DNA from: an uncultured Actinomycetota bacterium
GTDB taxonomy: Bacteria > Actinomycetota > Actinomycetes > Propionibacteriales > Nocardioidaceae
Assembly: GCA_963737725.1 (NCBI GenBank)
Contig: CAVTTO010000001.1
Coordinates: forward strand, 22,730 to 86,729
Direction of reading: 5' to 3'
Length of the DNA stretch: 64,000 nucleotides
A program made the position numbers and the translations under genes. The notes beneath the pieces are model-generated. The model saw only the letters and a list, made by a program, of their open reading frames with translations, was not told where the DNA came from and ran no database searches. Shown in pieces: positions 19,253 to 28,022 of the stretch (the stretch's first letter is position 1; the number at the start of each line of letters is the position of its first letter).

Positions 19253-19960
19253 TCAGCGCACCAGCAGCATCGAGGCACCGACGACGAGAGACCCCAGGGT
19301 GACCAGCAGGAAGAGGCCGACCCACGCGATCGCCGGCAGCGGCGTCAGCCGTCCCAGCTGGTCGGCGTCCGAGCCCCGCGCCCGGCCGCGGCGTCGTGCG
19401 GCCTGCAGCTCCCACACCGGACGCGGAGCCGCCAGCAGCAGGAACCAGGTGACGAGGTAGGCCACCGCGACCTGCTTCTGCACGTCCAGCCGCCACGACA
19501 CCAGGAAGAGCGCGACTCCGACGGCCACCACGACGAAGAACCCGTAGATGTTGCGGATCTGCAGCAGCAGGGCGGCGAGCAGCACGAGCAGCAGCCAGAG
19601 CACAGCCACCGCGTGACCCTGGTCGAGCAGCCACGCACACAGCAACCCGAGCAGCGCCGGTCCGAGGTAGCCCGCCGCGGCGGTGGCGACCATGCCCGGG
19701 CCACGCGGCTTCCCTCGCGACACGGTCACACCCGAGCTGTCGGAGTGCAGGCGGATGCCGGCCAGCTTCCTCCCGGTGACGGCGGCGACCAGGCCGTGCG
19801 CGCCCTCGTGGACGATCGTCACCAGGTGCCGCGTCGGCTCCCACGTCGCGCGGACGAGCACCACGAGGCCGGCGATGACCGCCGCGCCCACGATCACGTC
19901 GTGCTGCGGGACCGGCTGGCTCGCCGTGATCCGGTGCCACACCACGCTGAACGCATCCAC
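19253..19960 (-). CDS. M50B-family membrane metallopeptidase-like protein
   Basis: ORF 19253..20119 trimmed to GTG 19960 (VDAFSVVWHRI...). Contains an HEGAHG (HExxH) motif in a polytopic membrane protein. Confidence 0.7.
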   Translation of the reverse strand: MDAFSVVWHRITASQPVPQHDVIVGAAVIAGLVVLVRATWEPTRHLVTIVHEGAHGLVAAVTGRKLAGIRLHSDSSGVTVSRGKPRGPGMVATAAAGYLGPALLGLLCAWLLDQGHAVAVLWLLLVLLAALLLQIRNIYGFFVVVAVGVALFLVSWRLDVQKQVAVAYLVTWFLLLAAPRPVWELQAARRRGRARGSDADQLGRLTPLPAIAWVGLFLLVTLGSLVVGASMLLVR

Positions 19961-20016
19961 GCCGACACCCTCTCGCGAGGCGCACTCCGGACCCGACAGG
20001 TGGTACACACGTAGCC

Positions 20017-20781
20017 GTGACCAGCACCTCCAGCACGTCCGTCCGAACCGGCCTCTCGGCCCTGTGCGCGACCGTGGCGCTGACCGCGTCCACGCTCGCG
20101 GTCGCCGGAGGGCCGGCACTCGCGCAATCCTCGGCGACCCCGCCGTCGGCCAGCGCGGCTCCGGCGGCCGTTCGCGGGATGACTCCGCCGTACGCCGCCA
20201 ACCGCAAGGCGACGATCACGGTCCGGTTCCGTGAGGCGGTCCGCCGGCTGCACCTCGCCCAGGAGACGCCGCGCGGCTACGACCGTGACAAGTTCGGCGA
20301 CTGGCGGGACGCCGACGGGGACTGCCGGGACACCCGCGCCGAGGTCCTCGTCACCGAGTCACTGCGCGCGACGACCGGGGACTGCACGATCGAGACCGGG
20401 CGCTGGTTCTCGTCGTACGACCGGGTCTACTGGACCGACGCCGGCGACGTCGACATCGACCACCTCGTGCCCTTGTTCGAGGTATGGCGCTCCGGTGGCA
20501 AGGCGTGGGGCTCGGCCCGACGGGTCGCGTACGCGAACGACCTCGCCGACAGCCGTACGCTGCGCGCGGTCACCGACAACGTCAACCAGAGCAAGGGCGA
20601 CCAGGACCCGTCGGACTGGATGCCGGAGTTCGGCCGCTGCGTCTACGCGCGGCAGTACACCGCGGTCAAGATCCGCTGGAACCTGCGGGTCAACGCCGAC
20701 GAGAAGGACAAGCTCCGCCGGGTCGCGTCGCACTGCCCGAACGCCGTGATCCGGCTGCACAAGGCCCGCGTGGTCAGCTGA
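20017..20781 (+). CDS. secreted HNH/DUF1524-family nuclease-like protein
   Basis: Signal-like N-terminus (LSALCATVALTASTLAVAGGPALA). DVDIDHLVPLFEVWRSGG...NDLADSRTLRAVTDNVNQSKGDQDPSDWMP matches the DUF1524 HNH-like signature. Confidence 0.75.
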   Translation: MTSTSSTSVRTGLSALCATVALTASTLAVAGGPALAQSSATPPSASAAPAAVRGMTPPYAANRKATITVRFREAVRRLHLAQETPRGYDRDKFGDWRDADGDCRDTRAEVLVTESLRATTGDCTIETGRWFSSYDRVYWTDAGDVDIDHLVPLFEVWRSGGKAWGSARRVAYANDLADSRTLRAVTDNVNQSKGDQDPSDWMPEFGRCVYARQYTAVKIRWNLRVNADEKDKLRRVASHCPNAVIRLHKARVVS

Positions 20782-21611
20782 CCTGCTCGCCGAGACGCGC
20801 CTGCGCCTCGAAGAGCAGGATGGCGGCCGACGCGGCCACGTTGAGCGAGTCGGCCTGACCGAGCATCGGGATCGACACCCGCGCCAGGTCAGGAGCCCGC
20901 CACGCGGCACAGACCCCGTTGCCCTCCGAACCGACCACGATCGCGGCCTTCTCGGCGTAGTCCGTGGCGCGGTAGCTGCGCTCGGCCGCCGGGTCCGCGA
21001 CGTACGCCGTGAACCCGGCCGCCGCGAGGTCTCGCCGCGCCACGTCGATGTCGCCGTACTCCAGGACCGGCATCGTCACGACCGTGCCACGGCTGGCCAC
21101 GAAGACCTTCGGGTGGCTCAGCCGGGCGTCGACGCTGGTGAGGACGACCCCGTCGGCACCGCAGGCGTCGGCGCTGCGGATCAGCGTGCCGAGGTTTCCG
21201 GCGTACTCGATGCCGTCGGCGACCAGCAGCAGCCGGGCGGACGGGCGCAGCACCTGCGTCGGAGACCAGCGCGGCAGCCGCACCACCGACAACAGCGCCG
21301 GTGCGGCGATGCCCGGGTGGAGCCGGGCCAGCGCGCGCTCGGAGATCGTGTACGCCGTCCCAGCTCGCGCGATGACCCGTGCCGCGAGGTCGTCGGCGTC
21401 GGTCTGGGGTTCCGGACCGGGACACCACAGCACGGTGGCGATGTCGGCGTCGGTCGACAGCAGAGCGCTCGTGGCCCCAGCGGCCGTGGACGGCGGTGAC
21501 CCGCTCGGACTTCGCCAGCACGTGGCGGCGGGCCTGGGCGTATCGGCGCGCGTCGGGGTGGGTGGCCGCCACCGGGCGAAGGCGGGCGGAGAGGGAGGAC
21601 AGCGTGGACAT
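20774..21611 (-). CDS. TrmH/SpoU-family RNA 2'-O-methyltransferase; one frame interruption
   Basis: The N-terminus MSTLSSLSARLRPVAATHPDARRYAQARRHVL... is in ORF 20889..21611. The SpoU core (...NLGTLIRSADACGADGVVL...VVGSEGNGV...IPMLGQADSLNVAASAAILLFE) is in ORF 20774..21433. The joint is at the CCCC run 21475-21478. Confidence 0.8.
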
Positions 21612-21836
21612 GGGTGGCTCCGAACAAGGAGTGCTCGCCTGACCGGCGCAGCACCCGGGTCGCTAGCCCGGTTCGGTCGCCGCGTCGGTCGTCAGGCCAC
21701 CCTTCGTGGCCCGGCTGACGTCACTCCTGGATCCCCATGAGGTCGAGGGTAGAAGGAACGGTCCTGCGAACGCATCCGAATTTCCTCGGGCCGCACGCAC
21801 CCGGGCGATGTCCTACGGTGGTGGCGAGGCCCAGCC

Positions 21837-22445
21837 ATGAGCACAGGTTCTGCGGAAACGGTCGAGGGACGGGTGCAGGCCGCGTTCGACGCGGTACCCC
21901 GCGCACCCTTCCTGCCGAGGCGCAAACGACGGTACGCCGGCGACGACCGGCCCATCGAGATCGGCCACGGCCAGACCAACTCCCAGCCGCGCACCGTGCG
22001 GGCGATGCTCGAGCTGCTCGACGTGGCGCCGGGGAACCGCGTGCTCGACGTCGGCTGCGGCTCAGGATGGACCACCGCGCTGCTCGCCGCTCTCACCGGG
22101 CCGACGGGTTCCGTGGTCGGCCTCGAGATCGTGCCGGCACTCGTCGACCTGGCGCAGCGCAACCTCCGTGCGGTGGAGGTCGACGCGGCCGTCTCCGTGC
22201 GGCAGGCCGAGCCGTCGGTGCTCGGGACCCCGGACGAACCGGTGTACGACCGGATCCTCGTCTCGGCCCAGGCCAGGGCGTTGCCCGACCCGCTGGTCGA
22301 CCAGCTCGCGATCGGTGGGCGGCTCGTCGCCCCCGTCCAGGGCGCGATGACCCTCGTCCGCCGGGTCGACCTCACCCACGCCGACATCTCGGAGCACGGC
22401 TACTACTCCTTCGTCCCCCTCATCTGGACCCCACCAACTCGTTGA
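21837..22445 (+). CDS. pcm: protein-L-isoaspartate O-methyltransferase
   Basis: ...IGHGQTNSQPRTVRAMLELL...VLDVGCGSGWTTALLAALTG...GGRLVAPV matches the Pcm family and includes the SAM-binding motif. Confidence 0.85.
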   Translation: MSTGSAETVEGRVQAAFDAVPRAPFLPRRKRRYAGDDRPIEIGHGQTNSQPRTVRAMLELLDVAPGNRVLDVGCGSGWTTALLAALTGPTGSVVGLEIVPALVDLAQRNLRAVEVDAAVSVRQAEPSVLGTPDEPVYDRILVSAQARALPDPLVDQLAIGGRLVAPVQGAMTLVRRVDLTHADISEHGYYSFVPLIWTPPTR

Positions 22446-22517
22446 CCCGCGCCTTCCCGGCGTCGAGACGCGCTTCCCGCGTCGAAACCCCTGTGGTCTC
22501 GACCGAGCTCGACCGAA
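22442..22517. repeat. composite element: 21-nt unit TTGACCCGCGCCTTCCCGGCG plus degenerate second unit plus partial family-1 palindrome
   Basis: 22442-22462 is identical (21/21) to 35179-35199. It is followed by TCGAGACGCGCTTCCCGCG and then GTCGAAACC-CCTGT-GGTCTCGACCGAGCTCGACCGA. The element starts within the pcm stop codon. Confidence 0.7.
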
Positions 22518-22536
22518 GCGAATTCGCGGTCAACGG

Positions 22537-23742
22537 TCAGAGGGTGGTGACGGAGACGCTGATGACGTGGTCGAGGGCGCGCAGCTCGTCGAGCAGGTCG
22601 GCGCCGACGTTGCCGCCGACGTCGATGGTCGCGACGGCCGCCTCTCCCCCTTCGAAGACCCGGTTCTGCATCTGCTCCACGTTGAGCTTCTGCCGGCTCA
22701 ACAGGTCGAGCACGTGCGCGAGCACACCGACCCGGTCGAGGTGCCGCACACTCAACGTCACCGCGCCCAGCCGGGCCGGCGTGAGGTTGACGCAGTTCAT
22801 CGCCTGACCTTCTGCGAACGCCGTGATCACCTCGACCACGCCGTCAGCGATCGCCCGCTGGGCCTGCTCGGTCGAGGCGCCGATGTGGTGCGTCCCGACC
22901 ACGTTCGGGTGCTGGGCCAGCGTCGACGTCCACTCGCCGCGACCCGTCGCCGGCTCGTCGGCGTACACGTCGAGCCCGACCCGGAGCCCCTTCTCCTCGA
23001 TCGCCGCGAGCAGCGCCGCCTCGTCGACGATGTCGCCGCGCGAGGTGTTGATCAGCACCGAACCCGGCCGCATCCAGCCGAGGAACGTCGCGTCCACCAT
23101 CCCGCGGGTGTCGGCGTTGGACGGCACGTGGAGCGTCACCGCGTCCGATGACGACACGAGCTTCTCCAGCGAGTCCACCTCGACCACGCCGAGCTCGTCC
23201 AGCCGTTCGCGGACCTGCGCGTCGCGGCCGCGGCGCCCGACCACCTGCACCGTGATCCCGAAGCCTGCCGCGCGGTGGGCGACGGCCATGCCGATGTCAC
23301 CCACGCCGACGATGCCCAGCGTCGACCCGTAGAGCCCTTCGGCCTTGCTGTAGGTCTTCTTGTCCCACCGGCCGCCGCGCAGGTCGGCGACGCTGTCCGG
23401 GATCCGCCGGTCGATCGCCAGCAGCAGCCCCATCGTCAGCTCGGCCACCGCGATCGAGTTGCGCCCGGGCACGTTCGCGACGAAGACGCCGCGCCGCGCC
23501 GCCGCCGACGTGTCGATCGTGTTCGTCCCGGCGCCGGCGCGCACCACCAGGGTCAGCCGGTCGGCCGCGTCGAACACGTCGGCCCCGACCTTCGTGCTCC
23601 GGACGACCAGCACGTCGTACCCGCGGATCCGACCGGCCAGGTCACCGGCCTTGAGGTCGGCCTCGACGTCGATGACGTGGCCGAGTGACGTCAGCTGCTC
23701 GATCGTCTCGTCGGCGGTGGCGTCGGCACACAGCACCCGCAT
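22537..23742 (-). CDS. serA: D-3-phosphoglycerate dehydrogenase-like 2-hydroxyacid dehydrogenase with C-terminal ACT domain
   Basis: ATG 23742 (MRVLCAD...). The NAD motif is GIVGVGDIGMAVA. The catalytic region is ...NTSRGDIVDE...DVYADEP...HIGAST. An ACT-like tail is present. Confidence 0.8.
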   Translation of the reverse strand: MRVLCADATADETIEQLTSLGHVIDVEADLKAGDLAGRIRGYDVLVVRSTKVGADVFDAADRLTLVVRAGAGTNTIDTSAAARRGVFVANVPGRNSIAVAELTMGLLLAIDRRIPDSVADLRGGRWDKKTYSKAEGLYGSTLGIVGVGDIGMAVAHRAAGFGITVQVVGRRGRDAQVRERLDELGVVEVDSLEKLVSSSDAVTLHVPSNADTRGMVDATFLGWMRPGSVLINTSRGDIVDEAALLAAIEEKGLRVGLDVYADEPATGRGEWTSTLAQHPNVVGTHHIGASTEQAQRAIADGVVEVITAFAEGQAMNCVNLTPARLGAVTLSVRHLDRVGVLAHVLDLLSRQKLNVEQMQNRVFEGGEAAVATIDVGGNVGADLLDELRALDHVISVSVTTL

Positions 23743-23790
23743 GTGCCTACCCTCCCGCATGTCACGCCACCGCGCGACGAAACTGCTCGA

Positions 23791-25686
23791 TCACTGCTGG
23801 ACGGTGAGCTCGATGTCGCCGAGGTCGAGATCGGTGCCGGTCGTGACGGTGACCGGCTTCTGGTCGCTCGTCAGGAAGTACGGCGTCCCGTCCTGGAACG
23901 GGTACCGGACGAAGAACCACGGGTCGTTGATCTCGTCCAGGTCGGCCTCCTGCGCCAGGTGGCCCTCGACGTCGCCGGCAGGCAGTCCGCTGATCGTGAA
24001 CTGCCCCGTCGCCTGCCGGGCCTGTGAACGCGCCGGGTGCTCGCCCGTCGGGTTGCGGTACGACCCGGGCGGGTAGGCGAGCTCGTAGGACAGCGGCAGG
24101 ATCACCGGCGTCCCCGTCTCGGCGTAGACCAGCCGCCCGTGGACGGTGCCTCCCTGCTCGAGCGGCAGGTCGTAGGTCCGGTCGGCGGCGACGCGCACGT
24201 CGGGGACACAGACCGGTGCGAAGTCGTGCGGCCAGCCGTCCGAGCCGAGCATGTAGCGGCCCGGCACGAGCCCACGCAGGACGTAGTGGCCGGCGTCGTC
24301 AGCCTTCTTGATCCGGTGGAACGCGCCCGGCCGCCGCGGTCCGTCGGGCGGGCACTCGTTCCCGGAGTAGGCCTCCACGACGGCGCCCGGTGCCGTCGTG
24401 CCGGACAGCGTCAGCGTGGGGGTGTCGAGCCGCAGCACTCCGGCGTCATACCGCCGCACCGCGTCGACCGTGATCTTCTTCTTCCCGTACGCCGACCCGG
24501 TCCCGGCGACGACCGTGTAGGTGCCCGGCGCGAGACCGCGATACGTGGCCGTGCCGGTCTCGTTGAGCTGGCCGAGCACGGCGTGCCCGTCACTGTCACG
24601 CAGCTCGTCACGAGCCCTGATCGCGGGCGCCCCGTCCTTCCGGAAGGCGATCGTGATCGACGCGCCCTGGTGCACCGTCAGCGGAGCGTCGACCACCTCG
24701 TCCGCGTCGACGACCACAGCGCCGACCGTGCTCCGCCGGTAGGGCGTGCCCTCGGCGTAGTTGGCGAGCGTGTAGGAGCCGGTCTCCAGACCGTCGACGC
24801 GGTAGCGGCCCTGCCGGTCGGTCGTGGCCGCGGCGATCGTCTCGCCGTCGCGGCTGACCATCACGTCGAGACCGGGCACCGGGGTGCCGTGCGACGTGAC
24901 GACGCCACGGATCCGGGCGCCCCGGTCGAGAGTGCCGTCGACGGTCGCGTGCTCTCGCGCCTCCAGCTCGACGATCGGCGACAGGAACGGCAGGAAGCCC
25001 GTGCCCGGACCGCCGGACGCGATCCGGTAGCGGCCAGGCGCCAGCCCGCGGAAGGCGTAGTCGCCGTCGGCATCGGTCTCGCCGTACCAGGCGGCGGTGC
25101 CGTTGAGCCGCTGGACCTGCACCGGCTGGAAGAACGCGCCGACGAGCCGGCCGGCCACGAAGGCCTGCGGCTTGACGGTCACCGTGCCGAGGTCGCGGTC
25201 GGACGCGGTGCTGGCGAACAACGCGGTCTGCGTGACCCAGCTGTCCGTCACGCCGGCCGGACCGACGTACGTCGGCATGAAGTCCACGCCTCGCGCGGCC
25301 TCCTTGCACACGTACTCCTGGCCGGGCTCGGGCGTGCAGATCTGGATGAGGAACGGACCGGCGGTCTGGCGGAGCCGGAACGTGCCGTCGTCGGCGGTCC
25401 GGTCCTGGCGCGTGTTCGGTGCGTCGAGCGGCCCGGCCTCGGGCACCTCGCCGGGCTTGAGCGCGTTCACGAGCGCACCCTCGATCGGGGTGCCGTGACG
25501 GTTCACGACGGTTCCGGTCACCCAGCCCTGCTGACCGGCGAGCAGCTCATGGGGAGCCCCGGCGGTCCGGACAGGCGCGGTCGTCACGGCGTCGGCGACG
25601 CCGGGTACGGCCACGGTGAGGGGGCCGAGCACGGCAACGGCTGCCAGGGTGGCGAGCGCGCCGCGCCGGGGGGCGGTGGGGGTCAT
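23791..25686 (-). CDS. secreted protein with multiple carboxypeptidase-regulatory-like (CarboxypepD_reg) beta-sandwich repeats
   Basis: Signal peptide MTPTAPRRGALATLAAVAVLGPLTVAVPGVADA. Repeated G.V....G.P..GA.V......TDA/DG.Y.L..L.PG.Y modules. Confidence 0.7.
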   Translation of the reverse strand: MTPTAPRRGALATLAAVAVLGPLTVAVPGVADAVTTAPVRTAGAPHELLAGQQGWVTGTVVNRHGTPIEGALVNALKPGEVPEAGPLDAPNTRQDRTADDGTFRLRQTAGPFLIQICTPEPGQEYVCKEAARGVDFMPTYVGPAGVTDSWVTQTALFASTASDRDLGTVTVKPQAFVAGRLVGAFFQPVQVQRLNGTAAWYGETDADGDYAFRGLAPGRYRIASGGPGTGFLPFLSPIVELEAREHATVDGTLDRGARIRGVVTSHGTPVPGLDVMVSRDGETIAAATTDRQGRYRVDGLETGSYTLANYAEGTPYRRSTVGAVVVDADEVVDAPLTVHQGASITIAFRKDGAPAIRARDELRDSDGHAVLGQLNETGTATYRGLAPGTYTVVAGTGSAYGKKKITVDAVRRYDAGVLRLDTPTLTLSGTTAPGAVVEAYSGNECPPDGPRRPGAFHRIKKADDAGHYVLRGLVPGRYMLGSDGWPHDFAPVCVPDVRVAADRTYDLPLEQGGTVHGRLVYAETGTPVILPLSYELAYPPGSYRNPTGEHPARSQARQATGQFTISGLPAGDVEGHLAQEADLDEINDPWFFVRYPFQDGTPYFLTSDQKPVTVTTGTDLDLGDIELTVQQ

Positions 25687-25766
25687 GTCGGGTCTCCTTG
25701 GTTCGTCTGTCGAACCCCATGACGAGACGACCCCTGCAAATGGTTGGGTCCCGCGTCAGCGAGCTG

Positions 25767-26066
25767 TCATCCCGCGCCGGGCTCGGCCTGGTCCACCTGC
25801 GCGATCCGGCCGCTCATCTCGGTGTCCACGGCCGCCTGGTCCTCGTCGCGGCTGCTGAGCCCCGGTGTCTCCGGGTCGGGCTCGGGTCCGGGGTCGGGGT
25901 CGGGACCCGGCTCGAACGGCGGATCGGGCGTAGGTGCGGGTCCAGGGTCGATCGGGTCCGGATCGCGCTCACCTGGCCCGGGAGACGGGACGATCGGCCC
26001 GGGGTCCGGAGGAGGCTCGGGCGAGGTCGGTGGCTCATCGGGTGTCGGGGTCGGCGTGATGGTCAT
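25767..26066 (-). CDS. possible small acidic proline-rich protein
   Basis: 99-codon ORF (MTITPTPTPDEPPTSPEPPPDPGP...) with mostly G/C third positions, 80 nt upstream of the secreted-protein gene on the same strand. RBS is weak. The opposite strand is also open because of low complexity. Confidence 0.35.
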   Translation of the reverse strand: MTITPTPTPDEPPTSPEPPPDPGPIVPSPGPGERDPDPIDPGPAPTPDPPFEPGPDPDPGPEPDPETPGLSSRDEDQAAVDTEMSGRIAQVDQAEPGAG

Positions 26067-26126
26067 GCCCTGCCCGTACCCAAACGCGACGCGACCATCT
26101 GCCGGTCGGCTGAGGTTCCAGCACCA

Positions 26127-26164
26127 GAACGACGGTTGCCTCCGAGGGGAGGCAACCGTCGTTC
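26127..26164. terminator. perfect 17-bp stem hairpin (GAACGACGGTTGCCTCC-GAGG-GGAGGCAACCGTCGTTC)
   Basis: Read directly from the sequence, 27 nt 3' of the CarH-like gene stop. Confidence 0.7.
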
Positions 26165-26190
26165 CTTTCCAAGGTGGGTGGAGGAGTAGC

Positions 26191-27108
26191 TCAGGGGGCT
26201 CCGCGGGCGGAGGACAGCGACGAGGTGATCAGGTTGGCCGCGGCCAACAGGTCCTCGCCCAGGTAGGTGCCGGGCACGCCCTTGCGGGACTGCGGCGAGA
26301 CGAAGGCGTTGCCGGCGTAGTACAGCTGGGCGTCGCTGTGCTGGATCGACCGCAGCGCCTCGATGGCGGAGCGGCGGCCGATCGACAGGTGCGACACCAT
26401 GACGAGACCGGCGGCTCCGGTTCCCTGGACCGCCGCGGCGAGGGACTTGACCGGCGTACGAGCGCCGAGCACTCGGCAGCCGTAGCCACGGTTCGCGAGC
26501 AGCACGCCCATCGACTCGAGGCCGAGCGTGTGGAAGTCGCGCGGTCCGCACGTCAGGATCAACGTCTCGGACTGCCAGGGCGTGGGGCCGAGGTAGAGCA
26601 GTCGGTTGAGCCAGGCCCGGGCGGCCTCGGTCGCGAGGTGCTCGTGGGCGACGTCGCACCGGCCGGTCTCCCACCACACGCCGACCTGGCGCATGGCCGG
26701 GAGCAGCACGCCGGTGACCGCGGTCTCGACGCCGAGCGTCTCGCGGGCGTGCTCGAGCAGGGCATCGGCACCGCGCGGGTCGAGCCGGTACGCCGCATGG
26801 AGGAAGTCGTCGATCAGCTGCTCGTGGGGTGACTCGATCTGCTGCGCCCGGATGACGCGGGCGGCCGCCTCCGCCGCGCGGTGACCCTTCGCGATCTCGT
26901 CGCGCATCTGGCGCAGCATGACCAGGTCGTCGGGGAAGAAGCGCCGGTGGCCGCCTTGGCTGCGACTGGTCGGGGGCACGCCGTACCGGCGCTCCCAGGA
27001 ACGGATCGTCGGGGCAGGGACGTCGAGCAGCTGGCTGACCGCCTGGATCGTCAGCCCGGTGCCGACCTCAGGCGGCTGCGGTACCGGACGGATCTCGGTC
27101 TCGCTCAT
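26191..27108 (-). CDS. MerR-family regulator with cobalamin-binding domain (CarH/LitR-like)
   Basis: ATG 27108 follows GGAGGAGGTGG. The MerR HTH is LTIQAVSQLLDVPAPTIRSWERRYGV. A W-x9-EH motif is present (WETGRCDVAHEH). A DxHxxG-type B12 motif (RDFHTLG) lies 36 residues later. Confidence 0.8.
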   Translation of the reverse strand: MSETEIRPVPQPPEVGTGLTIQAVSQLLDVPAPTIRSWERRYGVPPTSRSQGGHRRFFPDDLVMLRQMRDEIAKGHRAAEAAARVIRAQQIESPHEQLIDDFLHAAYRLDPRGADALLEHARETLGVETAVTGVLLPAMRQVGVWWETGRCDVAHEHLATEAARAWLNRLLYLGPTPWQSETLILTCGPRDFHTLGLESMGVLLANRGYGCRVLGARTPVKSLAAAVQGTGAAGLVMVSHLSIGRRSAIEALRSIQHSDAQLYYAGNAFVSPQSRKGVPGTYLGEDLLAAANLITSSLSSARGAP

Positions 27109-27223
27109 GCCACCTCCTCCGAACCCATGCAGATGGTGACCCCATTCTGAACGAGTTTCTCCCGACGTCGTGGCCCTCAGACTCACAGGCGGTCGCACGA
27201 GGTGGCAAAGCTCTGCGCCATTT

Positions 27224-27254
27224 TGCATAAGTTCGAGCCTGGCGTGCATAACTT
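27224..27254. promoter_or_regulatory. direct repeat TGCATAAGTT-N11-TGCATAACTT (21-bp phasing), candidate operator
   Basis: Read directly from the sequence, in the AT-richest part of the divergent intergenic region between the CarH-like and DUF4234 genes. Confidence 0.3.
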
Positions 27255-27293
27255 GGCCGCTGCTTTCATGGCAGGGAAGTCCTCCTCCCAGCC

Positions 27294-27330
27294 GACCACC
27301 GCCCGCTGCCCCCTCCCGCGGGCGGTGGTC
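27294..27330 (+). other. 13-bp perfect hairpin with C-rich 11-nt loop (GACCACCGCCCGC-TGCCCCCTCCC-GCGGGCGGTGGTC)
   Basis: Read directly from the sequence. It is flanked by the C/T-rich tracts TCCTCCTCCC and TCTCCTCCCTCCC and lies in the leader of the DUF4234 gene. Confidence 0.4.
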
Positions 27331-27418
27331 TCGTTCTCCTCCCTCCCGACCCGGTGACGTGACAGGATCCTTGGCGAGAGCCGGCGCAGTCGCGTCGGCG
27401 GATGCGTGAGGGGATCCC

Positions 27419-28012
27419 GTGAGCGACCAGAACCACGAGCAGCAGCCGTCCGAAGGTGGGCAGCCTCCGCCGCCCGGGCAGCAGCCGGGATCCGAACAGC
27501 CCCCCGCCTATGAGCAGCCGGGACAGGGATACGGCCAGCAGCCGGGCTACGAGCAGCAGGCCTACGACCAGCCCCCGGGGTATGGCCAGCCGCCGCAGGG
27601 ATACGCGCAGCCCCAGGGCTACGGGCAGATGCAGCCGTACGGCGGGCACGGCCCGATCGGCAAGGTGCGGTCGACCGGCATCACGATCCTGCTGTTCCTG
27701 GTGACCCTCGGGATCTACGGCTGGTACTACTTCTTCAAGACGCACGAGGAGATGAAGCAGCACTCCGGCGACGGCCTCGGTGGCCCGGTCGCGCTGATCC
27801 TCGCCATCTTCGTCGGCTTCGTGCTGCCGTACACGATGGGCAACGAGGTCGGGAATCTGTACAAGCGTGCCGGCCGTCAGGCACCGGTCAGTGCGGCGAC
27901 CGGGCTCTGGTACTTCCCCGGCATGCTGATCATCGTCGGGCCGATCATCTGGTACGTCAAGACCAACGGTGCGCTGAACCACTACTGGGAGAGCCTCGGC
28001 GCGCGGCCGTGA
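27419..28012 (+). CDS. DUF4234-domain membrane protein with P/Q/G/Y-rich N-terminus
   Basis: GTG 27419 follows GAGGGGA. The N-terminal 75 aa are low complexity ([22 protein letters not shown]). The C-terminal part ...[26 protein letters not shown]... is typical of DUF4234. Confidence 0.75.
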   Translation: MSDQNHEQQPSEGGQPPPPGQQPGSEQPPAYEQPGQGYGQQPGYEQQAYDQPPGYGQPPQGYAQPQGYGQMQPYGGHGPIGKVRSTGITILLFLVTLGIYGWYYFFKTHEEMKQHSGDGLGGPVALILAIFVGFVLPYTMGNEVGNLYKRAGRQAPVSAATGLWYFPGMLIIVGPIIWYVKTNGALNHYWESLGARP

Positions 28013-28022
28013 CCGACGCGGT

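Noticed and set aside
24037-25722. 561-aa ORF antisense to the CarboxypepD_reg-repeat gene
   Set aside because: Shadow ORF. The opposite strand has a signal peptide and repeated domain structure.
25744-26832. 362-aa plus-strand Gly/Ser-rich ORF
   Set aside because: It is open only because of the PDP/GSG periodicity and because it runs antisense through the CarH-like gene, which has clear MerR and B12 motifs.
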